Shown piece after piece: positions 1 through 10,229 of a stretch of DNA of 64,000 nt. Both the position numbers and the translations under genes were made by a program. The DNA comes from Alphaproteobacteria bacterium (GTDB lineage Bacteria > Pseudomonadota > Alphaproteobacteria > UBA6615): NCBI GenBank assembly GCA_965261975.1, contig CBDHEC010000047.1:32001-96000 (forward strand), in the 5' to 3' direction. The first letter of the stretch is position 1, and the number at the start of each line of letters is the position of its first letter. The notes under the pieces are model-generated. The model made no database searches. It was not told where the DNA came from and saw only the letters and a program-made list of their open reading frames with translations.

Positions 1-486
1 GCCATCGGCTGCGAGCTGACCGGCCAGTGCGGCCAGCCCCGCGTCGGGGTCGTCGAGATGGTGCAACACACCGCAGCAATCGATGTAGTCCCATGGGCCT
101 GGCGCCACCTCGGCGATGTCGAGCAGGGATCCCGTCACGAAGCGGATATTGTTCAGCCCGCGCATTTTTGCACGCGCTTGCGCGACGGCCTGGCTTGGGC
201 CGCTCAGGTCGAGATGGGTGACCTCGCCCGGGACGCCCGCATCGTGCATATGCTGGGCGAGCATGATCACGGCATCGCCGGTGCCGCCGCCGGCGGCGAG
301 CGCCCTAAGTGGTTTTGACAGGTCCCGCGCGCCCCCGAATACATAATGGTTCAGCTCGAACAGGTTGCTCGGCGAACCGGCGATCAGGCGTTTCTTTTCA
401 TCGTCGGGATTGCGCTCGGGATAGGGGTAGGATTCGTACTGGGACAGCACGGCCTGATCGCGTGCATTCTTATCGGGATCGGTCAT
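1..486 (-). CDS. Class I SAM-dependent methyltransferase (3' part outside window; not in ORF track)
   Basis: Manual minus-strand translation from ATG 486: MTDPDKN...QYESYPYP...LRALAAGGGTGD...LDLS...WDYIDCCGVLHHL. This shows the glycine-rich motif I and the GVLHH motif of Methyltransf_12/31-type proteins. Confidence 0.8.
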   Translation of the reverse strand, partial: MTDPDKNARDQAVLSQYESYPYPERNPDDEKKRLIAGSPSNLFELNHYVFGGARDLSKPLRALAAGGGTGDAVIMLAQHMHDAGVPGEVTHLDLSGPSQAVAQARAKMRGLNNIRFVTGSLLDIAEVAPGPWDYIDCCGVLHHLDDPDAGLAALAGQLAADG

Positions 487-515
487 GGTCCTATCCGGTA
501 TGCCCGTTGGGTGCG

Positions 516-1496
516 TCAGCCATCGATGTCGATAACCAGGCGCCCCTCGGCCTGCCGGCCTTCGAGCATCGCGAGTGCCTTGGCCACGTCGGCCAGGGGC
601 AAAACCTGGGACACATGGGGTTGCAGTTTGCCGGCGGCCCACCATTCGAAGAGCTCTTCGAAGCCGGCACGAAAGGTCTCGGGTTCGCGTTTTCGGTAGG
701 CGCCCCAGAAAACGCCGACGATCGATATGTTCTTTACCAGGAGATGGTTGGACGGGAACTCGGGAACATCGCCGCTGGCGAAGCCGATCACCAGCAGGCG
801 GCCCGACCATGCCAGCGAGCGCATGGCGGTTTGGGCCAGCTCGCCGCCGACAGGGTCGTACACGACGTCGACACCCTTCCCGTCGGTGATCTCGCGCAGC
901 GTGCCACGTAAATCCTCCTCGGTATAATTTATCAGATGATCGGCACCGCGCGTGCGGGCCAGTTCGAGTTTCTCGGCAGTGGAGGCCGCGGCGATGACCG
1001 TCGCACCCAGCGCCTTGGCGCACTCGACCGCCGTGAGCCCGACGCCGCCGCCGGCCCCGAGTACCAGGACGGTCTCGCCGGGTTTCAGCTGGGCGCGGTG
1101 GACCAGAGCCAGGTGGGATGTGCCATAGGCGACGGGGAAGGCCGCCGCGGTAGCGTTGTCCATGCCGTCGGGCATGTGAAATACCGTGGTCGCGTCGCAT
1201 ACGGCCTCTTGCGCATAGGCCCCGGCAGACACGACGGCCATCACCTGGTCGCCCGGTTGGAAATTCGGCACGCCATCGCCGACTTCCATAATCTCGCCCG
1301 CCCCTTCGAGGCCCGGCGCGAACGGCAGTTCCGGCTTCTCCTGATACTGGCCACGGACGAGGACGCAATCCGCGAAGTTGACGCCGGCGGCGCGCATCCG
1401 GATGCGGACCTGTCCCGGCCCGAGTGCCGGCGCGGGCAGCTCGCCAAGTTCCAGTGTTTCCGGGTCGCCCCAGTCCTTACAGACGATCGCACGCAT
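516..1496 (-). CDS. NADPH:quinone oxidoreductase (zeta-crystallin/MDR family)
   Basis: AAGVNFAD, PGLEGAG, GAGGGVG and GVDVVYDPVGG motifs; start taken at MRAIVC. Confidence 0.9.
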   Translation of the reverse strand: MRAIVCKDWGDPETLELGELPAPALGPGQVRIRMRAAGVNFADCVLVRGQYQEKPELPFAPGLEGAGEIMEVGDGVPNFQPGDQVMAVVSAGAYAQEAVCDATTVFHMPDGMDNATAAAFPVAYGTSHLALVHRAQLKPGETVLVLGAGGGVGLTAVECAKALGATVIAAASTAEKLELARTRGADHLINYTEEDLRGTLREITDGKGVDVVYDPVGGELAQTAMRSLAWSGRLLVIGFASGDVPEFPSNHLLVKNISIVGVFWGAYRKREPETFRAGFEELFEWWAAGKLQPHVSQVLPLADVAKALAMLEGRQAEGRLVIDIDG

Positions 1497-1566
1497 GAAA
1501 TTCAGTCTCCTGTCCGGCCTCGTTGCCAACTTGCCTCGGCCCCGAGGGGCATGCAAGTAAGGTCCC

Positions 1567-2133
1567 ATGAGCGAAGCAAAAATGCGCGGTTATTTCGGGA
1601 TCGGCGTCGAGGGGATCTCGAAGCAGATGAATGTCGGGGCGATCATGCGGACCGCGCACGCGTTCGGCGCGAGCTTCGTCTTCACCATCGATGCCGTTTA
1701 CGCCAAGCGCGAGGGTGGCCGGTCGGACACCTCCGATGCGCCCGAACATCTGCCGCTGCACGAATATGACACGCTGGATGATTTCAGCCTGCCACGGGGT
1801 TGTGCCCTGGTCGGCATTGAACTCATCGAGGATTCCATCGACCTGCCGAGTTTCCGTCATCCCCGCCAGGCCGCCTATGTGCTGGGGCCGGAACGCGGTT
1901 CGCTGTCGCCGGCGCTGGTCGCACGCTGCGATCATGTGGTGAAAATTCCTACGCGCTTCTGCGTGAATGTTGGCCTGGCCGCCGCGATTGTCATGTATGA
2001 CCGGGTCCTGACGCTGGGGCGTTACCCCGCGCGACCGCTGGTTCCGGGCGGGCCCACGGAGGCATTGCCCGAGCATGTGCATGGTGAGCCTGTGCTGCGA
2101 CGCCTGCAGGACCAAGAAAAGGCCGAACAATAA
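1567..2133 (+). CDS. SpoU/TrmH-family RNA methyltransferase
   Basis: NVGAIMRTAHAFG, LGPERGSL and CVNVGLAAAIVMYDR SPOUT motifs. Confidence 0.9.
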   Translation: MSEAKMRGYFGIGVEGISKQMNVGAIMRTAHAFGASFVFTIDAVYAKREGGRSDTSDAPEHLPLHEYDTLDDFSLPRGCALVGIELIEDSIDLPSFRHPRQAAYVLGPERGSLSPALVARCDHVVKIPTRFCVNVGLAAAIVMYDRVLTLGRYPARPLVPGGPTEALPEHVHGEPVLRRLQDQEKAEQ

Positions 2134-2193
2134 CAAGACGTTGATCATGCCAAGGCTTGGCAAGACTCGGCGGCGCTTGGTAAGTGCCGAATC

Positions 2194-2718
2194 ATGATTG
2201 CACTCACCAGACTTACACTCATGGCACCGGCACTTGTGCTGGCCTTGGCGTTCGCGGCGCCGTCCACGGCCCATGCCCAGGAGGCCAAGCGCATCAGCCA
2301 GCACGGTGACTGGGATGCCTACACCCGCGGCACGGGCAACAGCCAGTTCTGCTACATGGTCTCGAAGCCGAAAACCGCGAGCCTGCAGTCGCGGCGCGGG
2401 GAGATTTTCTTCCTTGTCTGGCACCGGCCCGGCCAGAAGGAATTCGATGTGGTGCAGGTGGATATCGGCTACCCCTTCAAGGAAGCGTCGGAAGTCGAGG
2501 TGCGTATCGGCGGGGAATCATGGTCCCTGTTCACCAAGGATCAGAGTGCATGGACCTACAAGCAGGCCGACGATCAGAAGCTCGTCGCCGCGCTTCGCAA
2601 AGGCGCCCGCATGACGGTCAAGGGCACGTCGAGCCGCAACAATCCGACCACCGACACCTACTCCCTCAAGGGCACCAGCGCGGCATACGCGGCCATCAAC
2701 AAGGCCTGCGGTCGCTAG
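2194..2718 (+). CDS. IalB-like (invasion-associated locus B) exported protein
   Basis: Signal peptide, GDW..Y...CY, C-terminal TTDTYSLKG...AINKAC; typical position upstream of rlmN in alphaproteobacteria. Confidence 0.75.
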   Translation: MIALTRLTLMAPALVLALAFAAPSTAHAQEAKRISQHGDWDAYTRGTGNSQFCYMVSKPKTASLQSRRGEIFFLVWHRPGQKEFDVVQVDIGYPFKEASEVEVRIGGESWSLFTKDQSAWTYKQADDQKLVAALRKGARMTVKGTSSRNNPTTDTYSLKGTSAAYAAINKACGR

Positions 2719-2759
2719 AGCGGTTGCGTTCGCCCGCCGCCGGGCTTATGTGAACCGTC

Positions 2760-3893
2760 ATGCCGATCACATCCGAACAGTTTGCAGCCCCCGACGCGTC
2801 GGTCGACGACGGCCCGATCAACCTGATCGGGATGAACCGCGCCGAGATGACCGCCGCCCTCGAGGCGCTCGACGAGCCGCGCTTCCGGGCCGACCAGCTG
2901 TTCAAATGGGTCTACGGTCGCGGCGCCACCGATTTCGACCAGATGACCAATCTGTCGAAAGTCCTGCGTGCAAAGCTGGCCGACCGCTACGTCGTATCCC
3001 GGGCGGAAATCTCGCAAGACCTGGCGTCTGTCGACGGGACCCATAAATGGCTCCTGCATCTCGGGGACGGCAATGAAGTTGAATGCGTCCATATTCCGGA
3101 ATCCGACCGCGGCACCCTGTGTGTATCCAGTCAGGTGGGCTGTACGCTGAACTGCCGGTTTTGCCACACGGGCACCCAGCGGTTGGTGCGAAATCTCGGG
3201 CCCGCGGAGATTGTCGGCCAGATCATGCTGGCGCGCGACCATTTGGGTGAATGGCCGACCGCGGAACGGCCCACCATCTACGAACGCGAACTCTCCAATA
3301 TCGTCATGATGGGGATGGGCGAGCCGCTCTATAATTTCGAGAACGTGTCGGCCGCTTTGAAGATCGTGATGGACGATGCGGGGATCGCGATCTCGCGCCG
3401 CCGGATCACCCTGTCCACCGCGGGCGTGGTGCCCTTGATCGAGCGCTGCGGCGCCGAACTCGGGGTCAATCTCGCCGTTTCCCTGCACGCGGTGCGCGAC
3501 GAGTTGCGTGACGAGATCGTGCCGATCAACCGCAAGTATCCGATTGCCGAGCTTCTGGCCGCGTGTCGTGACTATCCCGGCGTGCGCAATTCCCGGCGTA
3601 TCACCTTCGAGTATGTGATGCTGCGCGACGTCAACGACAGCGATGCGGATGCCCGCGAGCTCGTGCGCCTGATCAAGGGCATTCCCTCGAAGGTCAATCT
3701 GATTCCGTTCAACCCCTGGCCCGGCGCGCCCTATGACCGCTCGACGGATGAACGGATCGAGGCTTTTGCCGATATCGTTCGGGCGGCGGGGTATCCGTCG
3801 CCGGTCCGAACGCCGCGCGGTGAAGACATCATGGCGGCGTGCGGGCAACTGAAGTCCGAGAGCGAGAGACCGCGCCGTTCCGCCGCCGGATAA
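2760..3893 (+). CDS. rlmN: Dual-specificity 23S rRNA/tRNA m2A methyltransferase RlmN
   Basis: [18 protein letters not shown] radical SAM motif, [16 protein letters not shown]. Confidence 0.97.
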   Translation: MPITSEQFAAPDASVDDGPINLIGMNRAEMTAALEALDEPRFRADQLFKWVYGRGATDFDQMTNLSKVLRAKLADRYVVSRAEISQDLASVDGTHKWLLHLGDGNEVECVHIPESDRGTLCVSSQVGCTLNCRFCHTGTQRLVRNLGPAEIVGQIMLARDHLGEWPTAERPTIYERELSNIVMMGMGEPLYNFENVSAALKIVMDDAGIAISRRRITLSTAGVVPLIERCGAELGVNLAVSLHAVRDELRDEIVPINRKYPIAELLAACRDYPGVRNSRRITFEYVMLRDVNDSDADARELVRLIKGIPSKVNLIPFNPWPGAPYDRSTDERIEAFADIVRAAGYPSPVRTPRGEDIMAACGQLKSESERPRRSAAG

Positions 3894-4042
3894 ATACCCG
3901 TAACATACTGATATTTAACAGGAAAACATCCTCGCAAACTCGTGTGCTTGTCTGCCCGGGCCGGCGTCACTATTTTATGGCGCAAGGGAAGAGGACACCG
4001 CACCCAAGATCCGTTCGCGCAACCAACGCCGGATCGACGGAC

Positions 4043-4291
4043 ATGATCGACGATTTTCTAATGGGATTTGGCCTCGCCATCTTGGGCGGGACGCTGATTG
4101 TTATGGGGTTGCCGACGATACGCCGCTGGCGACTGCCTTCGCTGACCCCGCACCACAGCAGCCGAACGGGCCGGATTGTCCGCGTGGTGATGTCCACCCT
4201 GGCCATCGGGACGGGCTTGCCGCTGGCGCTGGCCGGTTTGGCCATGGTGGCGGCGGCATTGGCCGGCATGCGGATTATCTGGCCGATCTAA
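4043..4291 (+). CDS. Small hypothetical membrane protein (2 TM)
   Basis: Two hydrophobic stretches; fills the rlmN-argG gap. Confidence 0.5.
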   Translation: MIDDFLMGFGLAILGGTLIVMGLPTIRRWRLPSLTPHHSSRTGRIVRVVMSTLAIGTGLPLALAGLAMVAAALAGMRIIWPI

Positions 4292-4396
4292 CGTCGGACA
4301 ACCGCCCGAAATGGCGCGCCGCTCCAACGCTTGCTCCCGCGCCATGCGCGACTATACTCCGCCGCGATTTACGCAAACGCGAAACGGATCAGAGAT

Positions 4397-5608
4397 ATGG
4401 CGTCAGGTGACGTGAAAAAGGTCGTGCTCGCCTATTCGGGTGGCCTCGATACTTCGGTCATTCTCAAATGGCTGGTGGAGACCTATGGCTGCGAGGTGGT
4501 GACCTTCACCGCCGATCTTGGCCAGGGTGAGGAGATCGAACCCGCGCGGGCCAAGGCCGAGATGTTCGGGGTCAAGGAGATCTTCATCGAGGATCTGCGC
4601 GAGGAGTTCGTGCGCGACTATGTCTTCCCGATGTTCCGGGCCAACGCGCTCTATGAAGGCGTCTACCTGCTCGGCACCTCGATCGCCCGGCCGCTGATCG
4701 CCAAGCGCCAGATCGAGATCGCCCACGAGACCGGCGCCGATGCCGTGTCCCATGGCGCGACCGGCAAGGGCAACGACCAGGTCCGGTTCGAGCTCGGTTA
4801 CTACGCGCTGGACCCCGACATCAAGGTCATCGCGCCGTGGCGCGAATGGGACCTGACCTCGCGGACCAAGCTCATCGACTTCGCGGAGAAACACCAGATT
4901 CCGATCGCCAAGGACAAGCGCGGCGAGGCGCCGTTCTCGGTGGACGCCAACCTTTTGCACATCTCCGCCGAAGGCAAGGTGCTCGAGGATCCGTGGCACG
5001 AACCCGACGAGTTCGTCTTTTCCCGGTCTGTCGCACCCGAGGATGCGCCCGACAAGCCGACCTATATCGAGATCGGTTTTGAGGCGGGCGATCCGGTGTC
5101 GATCGATGGCCAGAAAATGTCACCGGCGACCCTGCTGACCAGGCTCAATGAGCTGGGTGGCGCCAACGGAATCGGCCGGCTCGACCTGGTCGAGAACCGT
5201 TTCGTCGGCATGAAGTCGCGCGGTGTGTACGAGACCCCGGGCGGCACGGTGCTCCATACCGCTCACCGGGCGATGGAATCCCTCACGCTCGACCGCGAGG
5301 CCATGCACCTCAAGGACGAGCTGATGCCGCGCTACGCGAAGCTCGTCTATAACGGCTTCTGGTTTGCGCCCGAGCGCGAGATGCTCCAGGCCCTGGTCGA
5401 CAAGAGCCAGGAACGGGTCTCGGGCGCGGTCCGGCTCAAGCTCTACAAGGGCAACGTGGTTGTGGTCGGGCGCCAGTCGCCGAACAGCCTCTACTCTCTC
5501 GACCATGTCACGTTTGAGGATGACGAGGTCTATGACCAGCGCGACGCCGAAGGCTTCATCAAGCTGCAGGCCCTGCGCCTGCGTCTCGCCAAGGCGCTCC
5601 GGGACTAG
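4397..5608 (+). CDS. argG: Argininosuccinate synthase
   Basis: [35 protein letters not shown]. Confidence 0.98.
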   Translation: MASGDVKKVVLAYSGGLDTSVILKWLVETYGCEVVTFTADLGQGEEIEPARAKAEMFGVKEIFIEDLREEFVRDYVFPMFRANALYEGVYLLGTSIARPLIAKRQIEIAHETGADAVSHGATGKGNDQVRFELGYYALDPDIKVIAPWREWDLTSRTKLIDFAEKHQIPIAKDKRGEAPFSVDANLLHISAEGKVLEDPWHEPDEFVFSRSVAPEDAPDKPTYIEIGFEAGDPVSIDGQKMSPATLLTRLNELGGANGIGRLDLVENRFVGMKSRGVYETPGGTVLHTAHRAMESLTLDREAMHLKDELMPRYAKLVYNGFWFAPEREMLQALVDKSQERVSGAVRLKLYKGNVVVVGRQSPNSLYSLDHVTFEDDEVYDQRDAEGFIKLQALRLRLAKALRD

Positions 5609-5623
5609 GCGTCGGCCGGGCCG

Positions 5624-6325
5624 CTAACCCAACCCCGGCCAGGCCGAAACACCCAGGACAAACGGGTGGGCGCCGACGAGGGCGAGATAGACGGCGATGG
5701 TCAGCAACAATCGCCACCAGCCGATTCCCGGCCAGTCGAAGCTGGTGCGTTTCGACAGGATGGCGCCGAACGGCACCAGGCTGGTGGTCAGCAGGATCGG
5801 TCCCCAGTCCGCGCCGTACAGAAATTCGCGGCGCTTATCGATCCGCCACATGCCGAATATGCTCAAGATCAGCATCCCGGCAAACAGGATGACCGCGCGC
5901 GTATCGCCGTTGACGATCAGATGCGCGGCCGACCATAGCGACATGCTGTTGAGGAAGGGGTGCCGGGTGATGCGGATGATGCCGCGGGTCAAATCGCGCC
6001 CCGGATCGTCGGGCGCGGTACCGGCGATGGTCGGTGACGGGGTCGTGATGCCGCAGACGATCAAAAAAAGCGCCAACGGCATGACGATGGCGGGGAGCCA
6101 GAGCAGCGCATCGGGTGTTTTCCAGAGCGGATCGATCGGCGCGCGGATGTAGGCGAGGATCATCCAGGCGAACACCACGACCATCAGGACCGAGTAGTAG
6201 GCGAGGAAACGGGTCTCGCCCAGGCGTTGAATCAGCGCCAGCCGGACGGGCATGCTCGACAACAGGAAATGGCCGCCGACGAACAGCGCGGTGGCGGCGA
6301 AAAGCGCATCCAGACTACCGATCAT
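5624..6325 (-). CDS. NnrU-family membrane protein
   Basis: Multi-TM; GIIRITRHP..W..AHL..NGD and TSLVPFGAI motifs. Confidence 0.85.
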   Translation of the reverse strand: MIGSLDALFAATALFVGGHFLLSSMPVRLALIQRLGETRFLAYYSVLMVVVFAWMILAYIRAPIDPLWKTPDALLWLPAIVMPLALFLIVCGITTPSPTIAGTAPDDPGRDLTRGIIRITRHPFLNSMSLWSAAHLIVNGDTRAVILFAGMLILSIFGMWRIDKRREFLYGADWGPILLTTSLVPFGAILSKRTSFDWPGIGWWRLLLTIAVYLALVGAHPFVLGVSAWPGLG

Positions 6326-6415
6326 GGTTTCCCCCTCATATCACCGCACGTGCCGACGATTATCCGTTGGGAATGTGGGCTCGTCCAGTCACACCCCTGC
6401 ATGCTAGTCAGGGGC

Positions 6416-6760
6416 ATGACCGACATGCACCAAACCGACGAAACACCCGATGAACCCGAAACCGTTGAATCGCGGGACGAGATGCCCACGACGGATCCGG
6501 TCGCGGCGATGATCCTGGCACAGCTCGGCGCAGCGAAGCCCGGCGGCTCGGTGTCCCCCGAAGACGTCGCGCGCGCGGTCGCGGAGTCGCGCCGCAAGGC
6601 CAACGACCCGCCCGATCTCTGGCGGCGTTACATGTCTGCGGTGAAGCAGCAGGCGATTCACCTGGCGCGCGCCGGATCGATCCAGGTGCTGCGCAAGGGC
6701 AAGCCGGTCGAGGATCCGGCCCGCGTGAAGGGTGTCATCCGCTACAGGTTGCCGGCCTAG
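6416..6760 (+). CDS. DUF3253-family protein
   Basis: SVSPEDVARA...WR..M...LARAG.I.VLRKGKPV...KGVIRYRL. Confidence 0.8.
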   Translation: MTDMHQTDETPDEPETVESRDEMPTTDPVAAMILAQLGAAKPGGSVSPEDVARAVAESRRKANDPPDLWRRYMSAVKQQAIHLARAGSIQVLRKGKPVEDPARVKGVIRYRLPA

Positions 6761-6763
6761 GTT

Positions 6764-7696
6764 CTACCAGGCGGGGGGCTCGATGCCGTTCTGGCGGCAG
6801 GCCGCCGTGACCGTGTTGGCCAGCAGGCAGGCGATCGTCATGGGCCCGACCCCGCCGGGGACGGGTGTGATCGCGCCCGCGACCTCGACCGCCGCGTCGA
6901 AATCCACATCGCCGACGAGGCGCATCTTGTCGGGGTCGTCGTCGGTCGGTGCCGCGACCCGGTTGATGCCCACATCGATGACGGCTGCACCGGGCTTGAT
7001 CCAGTCGCCCTGAACCATCTGCGGGCGGCCGACGGCAGCCACCAGGATGTCGGCCCGGCGGCAGACATCGGCCAGGTCCTTCGTGCGCGAATGGGCGATG
7101 GTGACAGTGCAGCTCGCCTGGGTGAGAAGTGCGGCCATCGGCTTGCCGACGATGTTCGAGCGGCCGAGCACGACGGCGTCGAGCCCGGACAGGTCGCCCA
7201 GCCGGTCCTCCAGCATCATCCGGCAGCCAAGCGGCGTGCAGGGTACCATCGCGGCGTCCGGCCCGGTCATCTGGCCGGTCGCCAGGCGGCCGGTGTTGAT
7301 CACGTGAAACCCGTCCACATCCTTGTTGGGTGCGATGGCGTCGATCACGGCGTTGGGGTCGATCTGGTCCGGCACGGGCAGCTGGACGAGGATCCCGTGG
7401 ACGGAATCGTCATTGTTGAGCTGATCGACGAGCGCCAGCAGCTCGGCCTGGCTGGTGGCGGCGTCGAGGCGGTGATCGGTTGCCGTGATGCCCGCCGCCT
7501 CGGCGGCCTTGCCCTTGTTGCGCACATAGACCTGGCTCGCCGGGTCGTCGCCGACCAGCACCACGGCGAGGCCCGGTGTCAGGCCGTGCGCCTCGGTGAT
7601 CTTTGCCACATTCTCGCCGATGCGCCCGCGTAGCGCTTCTGCGAAGGCCTTGCCGTCGATGATCTTGTCCGCGTGGGTGGTCTTTGGATCGGTCAT
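6764..7696 (-). CDS. folD: Methylenetetrahydrofolate dehydrogenase/cyclohydrolase
   Basis: [38 protein letters not shown]. Confidence 0.98.
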   Translation of the reverse strand: MTDPKTTHADKIIDGKAFAEALRGRIGENVAKITEAHGLTPGLAVVLVGDDPASQVYVRNKGKAAEAAGITATDHRLDAATSQAELLALVDQLNNDDSVHGILVQLPVPDQIDPNAVIDAIAPNKDVDGFHVINTGRLATGQMTGPDAAMVPCTPLGCRMMLEDRLGDLSGLDAVVLGRSNIVGKPMAALLTQASCTVTIAHSRTKDLADVCRRADILVAAVGRPQMVQGDWIKPGAAVIDVGINRVAAPTDDDPDKMRLVGDVDFDAAVEVAGAITPVPGGVGPMTIACLLANTVTAACRQNGIEPPAW

Positions 7697-7772
7697 GCTC
7701 TCACTCTGTGAAGTTCACCAACGCCTCTAGCATGGGTGTGAGAGTCGGGCCATTCCCGGCGAAAGGCGGAGT

Positions 7773-8054
7773 CTAGCGCAGCAGCAATTCGGGGATGAAT
7801 TGCTGCAGGAAACCGAGGATCAGGATGACGATCAGCGGCGACAGGTCGATGCCGCCGATGGCCGGGATCACCTGCCGGATCGGGCGCAGCGCCGGCTCGG
7901 TGATCCGGTAGAGGAAGTCGCCGACCTGGTAGACCAAGCGGTTGGACGTGTTGATCACGTTGAACTGGACGAGCCAGGTCAGAACCACCGAGATGATCAC
8001 GGCCCACATATAGAGGCCGATGACCGTGCTGATGAGGTTGGCGATAGCGAGCAT
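7773..8054 (-). CDS. YggT-family membrane protein
   Basis: ITEPALRPIRQVIPAIGGIDLSP motif; adjacent to folD. Confidence 0.9.
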   Translation of the reverse strand: MLAIANLISTVIGLYMWAVIISVVLTWLVQFNVINTSNRLVYQVGDFLYRITEPALRPIRQVIPAIGGIDLSPLIVILILGFLQQFIPELLLR

Positions 8055-8177
8055 GTTCTTCGATCCGCGGGTGCGTAAATGGACGTTGGAAACGCCATGT
8101 TCCAGCCGGTTTGAGACTAGCCAGCGGCTCTGCGCCTGTCCAGTCACGCGCCGGTTACGCGCCTGCGCGCGGATGAC

Positions 8178-8207
8178 TTGACAGGAGCGGCGGCGCGCAC
8201 CCATATT
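8178..8207 (+). promoter_or_regulatory. Putative sigma70 promoter for tRNA-Ala
   Basis: TTGACA (8178-83), 18-nt spacer, CATATT (8202-07). Confidence 0.55.
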
Positions 8208-8262
8208 CCCGCCGCGCCGCGATGCCGGGAGAGGCCGCGCGCAGGCCGTTTTCGGCATCGGT

Positions 8263-8338
8263 GGGGCCGTAGCTCAGTTGGGAGAGCGCTACGTTCGCAA
8301 CGTAGAGGTCAGGGGTTCGATTCCCCTCGGCTCCACCA
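8263..8338 (+). tRNA. tRNA-Ala(CGC)
   Basis: Cloverleaf GGGGCCG...; anticodon arm CTACG-TT-CGC-AA-CGTAG; GGTTCGA T-loop; encoded CCA. Confidence 0.97.
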
Positions 8339-8418
8339 AATTTCTAACTTTCCTGTGGCACAAACTCGGTTGGCCTTAACGTTCAGGCCTGTCGGTCGTT
8401 GGCGCGAGTTAGTCAGAC

Positions 8419-9045
8419 CTACTTGTAAAGCCGGATACTTGAAACCATCAGGTCGGCCGAGAATGCCCGTCCGATGGCAACCAGTCCGATCCGTTTGAGG
8501 CGTTGCCTATCGAGGGGTGAATCGAGCCGATACGGTTCGAATGCCGCGAATGGCATATCGAATGTCTGCCAGCGCGCGCCGGCGGTGAAATGCGCCCGGT
8601 ACGACTGCCAGGGCCGCGTCGCGTCGGGGGTTCGCAGGTGCAGCGAGTACTGCTCATTATTGCCGCGAACCGTCACGCGGAGGCCGCGATACGTTGATGC
8701 GTCGAGGAGACCACATGGTGTTTCCAAATCAAGGGCGGCCTGAACAAACCCGCCGTTGTTCTCGAGGCGAACGTCGCCGCGCAGGCGAATAAAGGACTGC
8801 CCGCTGGCTTCGTCGTGTTCGACGCGCACGTTTGAAACGCCACCCATGACCTGGTCGCTCACCCCGCGCCACACGGTGCCCAGCGGGGAAACCAACTCCT
8901 CGTTCGAAAAATCATCGATCAACATCGTGTCGCTCATTGCGTGGATATCTGTCGGTATCCAAAGGGCCAGCAGGATGAGAGGGAGGCGCGCCAACCTTGC
9001 CATGCCCCGACGGAAATTCGCATTGGTCAAGTGTGACATGGACAT
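8419..9045 (-). CDS. CIA30/NDUFAF1-like protein
   Basis: W..VSDQVMGGVS, VRLENNGGF, F.PF..F motifs; TGATG overlap with the upstream gene. Confidence 0.85.
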   Translation of the reverse strand: MSMSHLTNANFRRGMARLARLPLILLALWIPTDIHAMSDTMLIDDFSNEELVSPLGTVWRGVSDQVMGGVSNVRVEHDEASGQSFIRLRGDVRLENNGGFVQAALDLETPCGLLDASTYRGLRVTVRGNNEQYSLHLRTPDATRPWQSYRAHFTAGARWQTFDMPFAAFEPYRLDSPLDRQRLKRIGLVAIGRAFSADLMVSSIRLYK

Positions 9046-9461
9046 CAAAGTTGCTTCCCCGTTTCTGGTCCGGTCGTCGTTGTCGGCGTGTCGCAATAAA
9101 CGCCAAGCCGAGGGCCAACCCAACGTTGCAGGTGGGGGCGTAACGGAAGGAACAGGTTGTACAGGCGTTCGAGAATCCAGAGCACCGGTTGGGCCCGGGC
9201 GAATTTTCCCATCCGCCGGAAGCGCGGCAACGCAGTCCATAGAAGAGCGAAAGCGGCCGCCCCATCGATCAGTTCACCGTTACCGGTCTGAACGTGGAAC
9301 CGTGCCAGGGCATCGTCACGGGACAGACCGTCAGGAAGTTCTGCCTTGTCTGTCCGGCTGACGTCGACCCAGGTGATGCGTGATCCGCCTTCCTGTTTTT
9401 GATAGAAGGCGATCTCCCGCGTGCACAGCGGACAGGCACCGTCGAAGAACACCCGGGGCAT
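9045..9461 (-). CDS. DCC1-like thiol-disulfide oxidoreductase (DUF393)
   Basis: N-terminal FFDGACPLC..EI; G..AF..LW. Confidence 0.88.
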   Translation of the reverse strand: MPRVFFDGACPLCTREIAFYQKQEGGSRITWVDVSRTDKAELPDGLSRDDALARFHVQTGNGELIDGAAAFALLWTALPRFRRMGKFARAQPVLWILERLYNLFLPLRPHLQRWVGPRLGVYCDTPTTTTGPETGKQL

Positions 9462-9497
9462 GGTTTCACCTTCTTCTTTGTTTGCTGTTTCGTACTC

Positions 9498-9525
9498 CGT
9501 ACGTGATCCGTGATGTGACGGATCA
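9498..9525 (-). promoter_or_regulatory. sigmaE(ChrR-type) promoter of DCC1-CIA30
   Basis: Minus strand TGATCC-N16-CGTACG, 37 nt upstream of the start. Confidence 0.75.
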
Positions 9526-9615
9526 ACCGGCGCTGCACCGCCTGCGACCTTCTGTCGTCGTCCGGGGGGCCGCTCTCTGCGTATTGAGTGCAAACCCTAG
9601 AAATGGAGACAGTCC

Positions 9616-10056
9616 ATGAGACGAATTGGCTATGTTTTGACGTTTCTCTTCCTTGTCGTGCCCGTTTCGGTGAATGCGGCGGACAAATCGATTGAAATGT
9701 TGAACAAGGACCCCGGGTCCAAGGAACGAAACATTTACAGCCCGGCACTGGTCCAAATCGAACCAGGTGACACCGTGACATGGGTCGCGACGGATCGCGG
9801 GCACAATGTGGAGTTTGTCCGCGGCGCTATCCCGAAGGGTGTGAAGCCCTTCCGCTCTGCGCTCAGCAAGGACGTGTCTTACACATTTTCGACGCCTGGT
9901 GCGTATGTCTACAAATGCACACCGCATTATGGCCAGGGGATGGTGGGTATCGTCATCGTTGGTGACATGCCCGAAAACCTGTCCGCGATTGCGGCGAAGA
10001 AGTATCCGGGCAAGGCCGACAAACGGATCGAGGCGCTTCTAGCACCGCTGACCTAG
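9616..10056 (+). CDS. Pseudoazurin (type-1 copper protein)
   Basis: Signal peptide; GHNVEF...YKCTPHYGQGMVG supplies the His/Cys/His/Met ligands. Confidence 0.9.
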   Translation: MRRIGYVLTFLFLVVPVSVNAADKSIEMLNKDPGSKERNIYSPALVQIEPGDTVTWVATDRGHNVEFVRGAIPKGVKPFRSALSKDVSYTFSTPGAYVYKCTPHYGQGMVGIVIVGDMPENLSAIAAKKYPGKADKRIEALLAPLT

Positions 10057-10229
10057 CGACGGCCCGCCGGCGCGATCTCGCAGCGACATCGCGCCGGCGG
10101 ATGCCGCGTGCGTACGACAAGATCGGCCCGGACCTGTGCTCCATGCTGAATAAAAGCCCGCCGTCCGTATCCTTGCAATCCGAACGCAGGGCTCAAGCGT
10201 AAAAGGTTTTTTACGAGGGATTCAAAACA

